In this document: positions 18,712 to 23,220 of the stretch, piece after piece
Numbering within the stretch: position 1 is the first letter of the stretch
Layout of the letters: each line of letters begins with the position of its first letter
Assembly: GCA_015522685.1 (NCBI GenBank)
Contig: WALU01000057.1
Coordinates: forward strand, 1-23,220
DNA length: 23,220 nucleotides
Source of the DNA: Thermoproteota archaeon
GTDB lineage: Archaea; Korarchaeota; Korarchaeia; Korarchaeales; Korarchaeaceae
Direction of reading: 5' to 3'
Program-made: the position numbers and the translations under genes
Notes under the pieces: generated by a model
The model's input: the letters and a program-made list of their open reading frames with translations, nothing else
Database searches by the model: none
Told to the model about the DNA's origin: nothing

Positions 18712-19177
18712 GAAGTCACCCAGATTCACCATTGGGACATATAAATAACATTAATCTCATTTCCTTGACCTAGGAAAGAGTTCGTCCTGCTGCCGAGATA
18801 TAGACCGGTATCTTCTTCGTTAGACTCGGATGTATTGATAAAGGAAGTTGCTAAGCATGATACAGCTGAAAACTTCTCCATGTAGGCGCATAATTCTACC
18901 GATAGAAAGTTTTAAACTACTAGATCACCTCATTCTATGCTTTTTGGGTAGTAAATTCATTTGGGGTCTATGAGTTGCTTCTCTTTCATTCTCGAGAGGT
19001 TCTTAGGATCGGATGATAATGAAATCCTTAGATACATTAAACTGACGCTTAAGCCTCCAGTAACTAGTTTGGATTATTCCCGAGTGTTTCGCGCGCGGAG
19101 AGTGATGATGCGATCTCTCCTCAAGAGTATAGGAAAGTAGAACTCCTGAGAAGAAATTTCTAATCCTAACCATCATC

Positions 19178-19891
19178 TCAGGAGAAAAGAGTTATTACTA
19201 GACCCACGGCGAGATTTGGTAGGGTAGAGGACACAAGGGCCTTGGAGGGGGATAACCTTGTTACTAGCCTAAGCCCTATATAGTACAACGAGATAACTAG
19301 ATTTTCAACTATTTTTCCTAATCTAAGTAAACCTTGTAAGTAGGCTCTGTACCGAATAGGATCCTTAGCAACCGATAACTGCATGGGTAGAGTTCGCCAA
19401 TCCATCACTAAGGGAATTGCATAAATCAAATAAACAATAGAATTTATTTTAAGCAAATCATTGTATCTTACATCCATTTCCTCAGAGAGAAATATGCAGA
19501 GAAGCCATTCAAGCAGTGAGAAGAAGAATACTCCAAAGAATTGGGATAAAAATGTAGAGAGACCTATAAAAGCCAATGCTACAGCATTAGCATTTGAAAA
19601 GAGAAGCCCTGCTTTGAAGCTTGCCTCTACGCCTGTAAATATGGATAGGATCAAAACTCCGGTCAGAGGTATTAACATGCTTACATCATTTACTTTCAGG
19701 GCAATTTTCCCTCCTCCAGAACTCTTAGGGAGGATTATAGAGACAGCAAGAGCTAGTAAAAATCCGCTGGCCTGTGATAGCAGCGCATCTAGAAGTACTT
19801 TTTCTGTGCCAAATGAGAGGAGCATGATTGAACTAGTTAAAAAGAAGGAGATGGCGAGGGCTATATCGTATCTGTTCATCTTACCACTCAC
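19178..19891 (-). CDS. Multi-TM membrane protein (Yip1-like topology), partner of SpoIIM/DUF95
   Basis: 237 aa with about 6-7 TM segments; overlaps the upstream SpoIIM gene. The Yip1 assignment rests on topology and context only. Confidence 0.6.
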   Translation of the reverse strand: MSGKMNRYDIALAISFFLTSSIMLLSFGTEKVLLDALLSQASGFLLALAVSIILPKSSGGGKIALKVNDVSMLIPLTGVLILSIFTGVEASFKAGLLFSNANAVALAFIGLSTFLSQFFGVFFFSLLEWLLCIFLSEEMDVRYNDLLKINSIVYLIYAIPLVMDWRTLPMQLSVAKDPIRYRAYLQGLLRLGKIVENLVISLYYIGLRLVTRLSPSKALVSSTLPNLAVGLVITLFS

Positions 19892-20399
19892 ACGCTATAT
19901 AAGGTGTTATTTTCCACTCAATAAGGGCCCCGATAATAAGAAGGATGTATGATAATATGATAGATCTCTTGTAACACAATATACTAGAGGGATTGTGATC
20001 TTTGCTCAACCTATAAGAAGCAATGAGGGATGCATAAGAGATGGTTATGAGCCATGTCAATTCAAATATTGCATGAGGGATAATCAGCTTTAGAGTGAGA
20101 ATAAAGGGTCGGCTTCTCAGTAGATAGCCCATTATGAACCCGTTTAATGCTACGAGGGATAAAGTAAGTACCCCGTAGGTCAGATACCCTATAAGAAGAA
20201 GAGCAAAGACCGACGTATTCCTGAGCATGATTAGCATCAAATTTGCCCTCTTCAATCCATTGCAAGATATTTCAGCAGGTTTGTCATTCAGCAAGTATCC
20301 AACAAAGATGGATATTGATAAGACGAACAGTATGGCAAAGAGGGCAAGAGCACGCCAGCGCAGAGGAACTGCACTGATCCGCTGAGGCACAATACTCAC
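19881..20399 (-). CDS. SpoIIM/DUF95 family membrane protein (copy 2)
   Basis: Pattern I..RN....L...G..T.G........NG.I.G, plus IIPHAIFEL and GALIE..ITP. Confidence 0.88.
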   Translation of the reverse strand: MSIVPQRISAVPLRWRALALFAILFVLSISIFVGYLLNDKPAEISCNGLKRANLMLIMLRNTSVFALLLIGYLTYGVLTLSLVALNGFIMGYLLRSRPFILTLKLIIPHAIFELTWLITISYASLIASYRLSKDHNPSSILCYKRSIILSYILLIIGALIEWKITPYIACEW

Positions 20400-20430
20400 C
20401 CTTTAAGAGTTTAACCTATGTCTACACTAC

Positions 20431-20766
20431 TTATTGCTGATTGCTAGGCCTCCTCTTCCTCTCACTTATTTTCGGCCCTATACCTGTGATCCTCAGTATA
20501 GCATCTATGAAAGTGCCGGTGATAGTAATCCCAGCTATGCTTAACAGAATATCGATAAGGGTGTTTCCTGTGAAAGGAACTGTTACGATAGATGTAATGA
20601 TCGCCGCGAAAGCTAAAAAGGATATGGAGTTCACGCCCACGGATGGGAAGTACCTCCCTTCTATCTCCCTTCTCCTCCTTACATAAATCACAAGAATCAA
20701 CAAAAGCGCCAGACCAAAAAGGAAGAGAGGGAAGTTGAAGCTCATAGAATCCCTCGTTCTATTCAT
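20431..20766 (-). CDS. Small cationic 3-TM protein, paralog B (immunity-like candidate)
   Basis: Shares YFPSVG, FTGNTLIDIL and GIGPKI with the adjacent ORF. Confidence 0.75.
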   Translation of the reverse strand: MNRTRDSMSFNFPLFLFGLALLLILVIYVRRRREIEGRYFPSVGVNSISFLAFAAIITSIVTVPFTGNTLIDILLSIAGITITGTFIDAILRITGIGPKISERKRRPSNQQ

Positions 20767-21067
20767 ATCCTTTCATCTTCCTTATTCTCGGCCCTATCCC
20801 CATTAGCTCCATGACTATGTCTAGAGCAGACGTCATTCCCCATCCAAAGACTATAGGAATCAAAATATCAAGTAAAGCATTTCCTGTAAAGGTTATACCC
20901 TCCGATAGGGAGCTAAGGATTACTCCGACTCCTATGTAAGAGATGATCCTGAGACCGAGAGATGGATAGTACTTCTTATACTTTCTCTTTCTCCACAGGA
21001 GGTATATAGAGTAGGCTGCTACATAACTTATGCCAAAGAAGAGAAGGGAGATATGAAGGAAATCCAT
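20759..21067 (-). CDS. Small cationic 3-TM protein, paralog A (immunity-like candidate)
   Basis: Contains YYPSLG, FTGNALLDIL and GIGPRI; GGGGGAT SD, 12 nt after the upstream peptide stop. Confidence 0.78.
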   Translation of the reverse strand: MDFLHISLLFFGISYVAAYSIYLLWRKRKYKKYYPSLGLRIISYIGVGVILSSLSEGITFTGNALLDILIPIVFGWGMTSALDIVMELMGIGPRIRKMKGYE

Positions 21068-21079
21068 AGCTATCCCCCT

Positions 21080-21325
21080 TTAGAGCCATACAGCTGCGCC
21101 TATGGCGAAATTAACCCAGCACGATATGGCGATACCAAGAGGGAGAGCCATATAGCTGCCTAGGGTCATATAAGCAGAGCCTAGGAGAAAGTAGCCGAAG
21201 CTTTCCCTTCCATAGTAATATGAAATGTATGCACCTACAGTACTGCTTGGTTCTTCTATTAATATTAGAGATGGAAAGAGCAAAGATAGCATGAGAAAAC
21301 TGATTAACGCATGCCACCTTTTCAT
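21080..21325 (-). CDS. Small hydrophobic secreted peptide; candidate circular-bacteriocin-like precursor
   Basis: 81 aa from ATG 21325: signal-like leader MKRWHALISFLMLSLLFPSLILIEEPSST, then a Gly/Ala/aromatic-rich core ending GAAVWL. It is the first gene of an operon containing SpoIIM. Confidence 0.6.
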   Translation of the reverse strand: MKRWHALISFLMLSLLFPSLILIEEPSSTVGAYISYYYGRESFGYFLLGSAYMTLGSYMALPLGIAISCWVNFAIGAAVWL

Positions 21326-21469
21326 ATGAAGAATACATGGGATCTCCTTTATCATTTTTTTTTAAAAAATTGTCGAATTTACCTTCACCTATTGACGTTA
21401 TGCGTTGCTTGCTTATGTTACGTCGTTGGGTTAGTTACCATGCGATATTATGCCGATTCGTACCTAGGT

Positions 21470-21680
21470 ATTCCTTCCTATTTCCTTACTTCCCTTCGGC
21501 CTCGAGCCAAATAACATATACCAGAACTTAAATATTAGTGCTGCCTTTAGGCAATTATCGCGCGATAATCTTCGTGTGCAATCCGGTAAATTTGGATGAG
21601 GTCCGCCTCTCCTTCGTTATGAGATCTTCAGGCATAGAGTCGTTATACTGGCTAAGGATGGTAAGCGCGTCACGATCTAA
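21470..21680 (+). pseudogene. Decayed minimal nucleotidyltransferase (MNT) gene
   Basis: Across frameshifts: ..LF.Y.FG(S)RAK.. (ttcggcctcgagccaaa, 21495-21511), then VNLDE/PPLLRYEIFRHRVVILAKD (21586-21659), a typical MNT C-terminal motif. Confidence 0.5.
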
Positions 21681-21723
21681 TAACTTAGAGGCTTAAAAAC
21701 TGATGCATGTGCATGGAGGAAGA

Positions 21724-22284
21724 TTAGCTTCTCACTATATGCTGAGCCACTATCTTTGGGTAGTAAATTCTCAGAAATAAATCGATGATAAGCAGAAGAG
21801 TTATCATCACCGCACCTTCTTTCTCTTTTATTGTATATTCCTTACTGATGGATTTATAGAAGTAGATAAATGATGAGAGAGAAAATAGTGTATCTACCAA
21901 CATTTTGGTTAAGGAATACGTCTCAATTTCTGTTGCCATTATAGGAAAGAGCATTAGATCTACCGCAAATGATATTGATGCGAAAAGGAAGTATATGGAT
22001 ATCTTGTTCAATATGTGGGAGAGCGGACCTCTATATACGCCTCTGTAGAAAAGGAAGAGGTAGGATGACGTACCCAGCAGACTCCAGAGTAGAGCGCCGC
22101 TGAGCCCGCTCCCCAGCAATACGAAGTATGCTATGAAAGGAAGAGGAATGGAAAGATCTGGTGGGATTAACTTGCCTAGGACGAAGATCAGATACATAGA
22201 TTGGATGATTACGTAAAGTAGATAGAGGAGAAAGACCCTTCTCCCGCTAGCCTCTGTTGATGATTCTCGATCATCCTCATCCAT
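21724..22284 (-). CDS. 5-TM membrane protein (Yip1-like topology), partner of SpoIIM/DUF95
   Basis: 186 aa with five hydrophobic helices; overlaps the upstream SpoIIM gene by 8 nt. Confidence 0.65.
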   Translation of the reverse strand: MDEDDRESSTEASGRRVFLLYLLYVIIQSMYLIFVLGKLIPPDLSIPLPFIAYFVLLGSGLSGALLWSLLGTSSYLFLFYRGVYRGPLSHILNKISIYFLFASISFAVDLMLFPIMATEIETYSLTKMLVDTLFSLSSFIYFYKSISKEYTIKEKEGAVMITLLLIIDLFLRIYYPKIVAQHIVRS

Positions 22285-22825
22285 TTAACCCCACCAACAG
22301 ACATGGGATGGATATGTAATATTCTATAACTGAAGAGACCGTTATGATAAATAGACTTAAGATGACTAGCTTAATTAAATAAATTAGTTGATACTTAGAG
22401 ATGGCAAAGAGATCCATACCGTAGATAACTGCTATGATGCTCGAAAGTCCTACAGATGAGGATAGTAAGATGGAAGTGACTTCTAACGGCCCATGAAATA
22501 GAAAGCAGATAAGTGCGCCACCTAAATTCTCACTGAGCATCTCCTTAAGAATGCTACCTACTATCATACCGTTGAAGCTCAGAGATAGGGCTGTAAGTGT
22601 TCCAAATGTCACGTATCCTAGAGAGAGGATTAATATAGTGAAGCAGTTTGAAAATAGGAGCCCGTATAGATCGTAATGCTCCTCTAAGTAGGGCAAGTGG
22701 GATCCCTGGCTTGCCCATTTCATATGAGAAGGACCTGCCACGAAGAAGCTTCCTAATATCCCAGCTGTGTAGAAAAGAGAGGCTAGTATCAACCCTTTAC
22801 TTATTCCCTGCCTCCTTCTTTCCAT
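22277..22825 (-). CDS. SpoIIM/DUF95 family membrane protein (copy 1)
   Basis: Contains LFSNCF..L.LSLGYVTFG...LSFNGMIVG, FHGPLEV and SSVIEYYIS. Confidence 0.85.
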   Translation of the reverse strand: MERRRQGISKGLILASLFYTAGILGSFFVAGPSHMKWASQGSHLPYLEEHYDLYGLLFSNCFTILILSLGYVTFGTLTALSLSFNGMIVGSILKEMLSENLGGALICFLFHGPLEVTSILLSSSVGLSSIIAVIYGMDLFAISKYQLIYLIKLVILSLFIITVSSVIEYYISIPCLLVGLNG

Positions 22826-23219
22826 AGCTCGCCCTCCTAATAGCCTCTATCCTCTTCTCCAAGCTGGGATGAGTTGGCAGGAAGGAAGGAGATTCCTTTA
22901 TCCTGTATATCTTGATTAGAGCATTTATCAAATCCTCTGGATTTGTATAAGAGGCTGCTATCAGATCAGCCCTAGTCTCCCTCCTTCTTATCAGGATCAG
23001 GAAGATGGAGAGCGTTGCTAGGAAGCCAGCTATAAACACGATAAGGATCACAATAGATCCATTCGGCAAACCCATTATGGATATGATTTCGCCGATGAGG
23101 AGAAGCGTCACATACATGAGCAGGCTGTAGCCTAAGTACCGGATGATGTCTCCTCCCATATAGTGGCCCAACTCATGAGCCAGTACGCTTTCAAGCTCGC
23201 CCTCTGACAGTTCGCTTAA
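22797..23219 (-). CDS. M48 (HtpX/Ste24-like) membrane zinc metallopeptidase, C-terminal part; 5' end lies beyond the window
   Basis: The frame is open to the window edge: LSEGELESVLAHELGH (HExxH), RRRETRADLIA (third ligand E) and PTHPSLEKRI. Confidence 0.92.
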   Translation of the reverse strand, partial: LSELSEGELESVLAHELGHYMGGDIIRYLGYSLLMYVTLLLIGEIISIMGLPNGSIVILIVFIAGFLATLSIFLILIRRRETRADLIAASYTNPEDLINALIKIYRIKESPSFLPTHPSLEKRIEAIRRASYGKKEAGNK

Positions 23220-23220
23220 C

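Noticed and set aside
194-20686. Numerous short antisense or overlapping ORFs in the track (e.g. 194..394, 2518..2853, 3637..3936, 17429..17818, 19461..19952, 20441..20686)
   Set aside because: They are shadows of well-supported genes on the opposite strand or in another frame.
21111-21338. 75-aa alternative-frame ORF overlapping the peptide gene, with a GGAG upstream
   Set aside because: Its composition is less protein-like, and the other frame ends 12 nt before the next gene's start. Not fully excluded.
21554-21569. Perfect 16-bp palindrome ATTATCGCGCGATAAT
   Set aside because: It is a single copy inside the decayed MNT remnant, about 200 nt from the nearest likely promoter, so no function can be supported.
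1-23220. CRISPR arrays, tRNA/rRNA genes, transposases and integrases
   Set aside because: No regularly spaced repeats, cloverleaf motifs or recombinase ORFs were seen.

Overview
This is an archaeal chromosomal window: AGG/AGA/ATA-rich codons, TTTA-type TATA boxes and GGAGG/GGTGA ribosome-binding sites suggest a thermophilic TACK lineage such as Korarchaeia, but the taxonomy is inference only. The left and middle parts carry housekeeping and transport genes: divergent pstS and AbrB-PhoU regulator, a DUF445 protein, ilvD, and a TPP riboswitch upstream of thiB, with thiPQ lying 10 kb away. They also carry a cluster of decaying toxin-antitoxin loci, alaX, an S9 peptidase, TerC, and ArsB/NhaD- and Acr3-type transporters. 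The right end (19.2-23.2 kb, minus strand) is an accessory cluster with an M48 peptidase, two SpoIIM/DUF95 proteins each coupled to a multi-TM partner, a small hydrophobic peptide with a leader, and two paralogous small cationic membrane proteins. This layout resembles head-to-tail cyclised (circular) bacteriocin clusters and is the best candidate for an undescribed system. The riboswitch also shows an apparent strand-swap expression platform built on a duplicated octamer. All calls come from motif recognition by eye; no searches were run.
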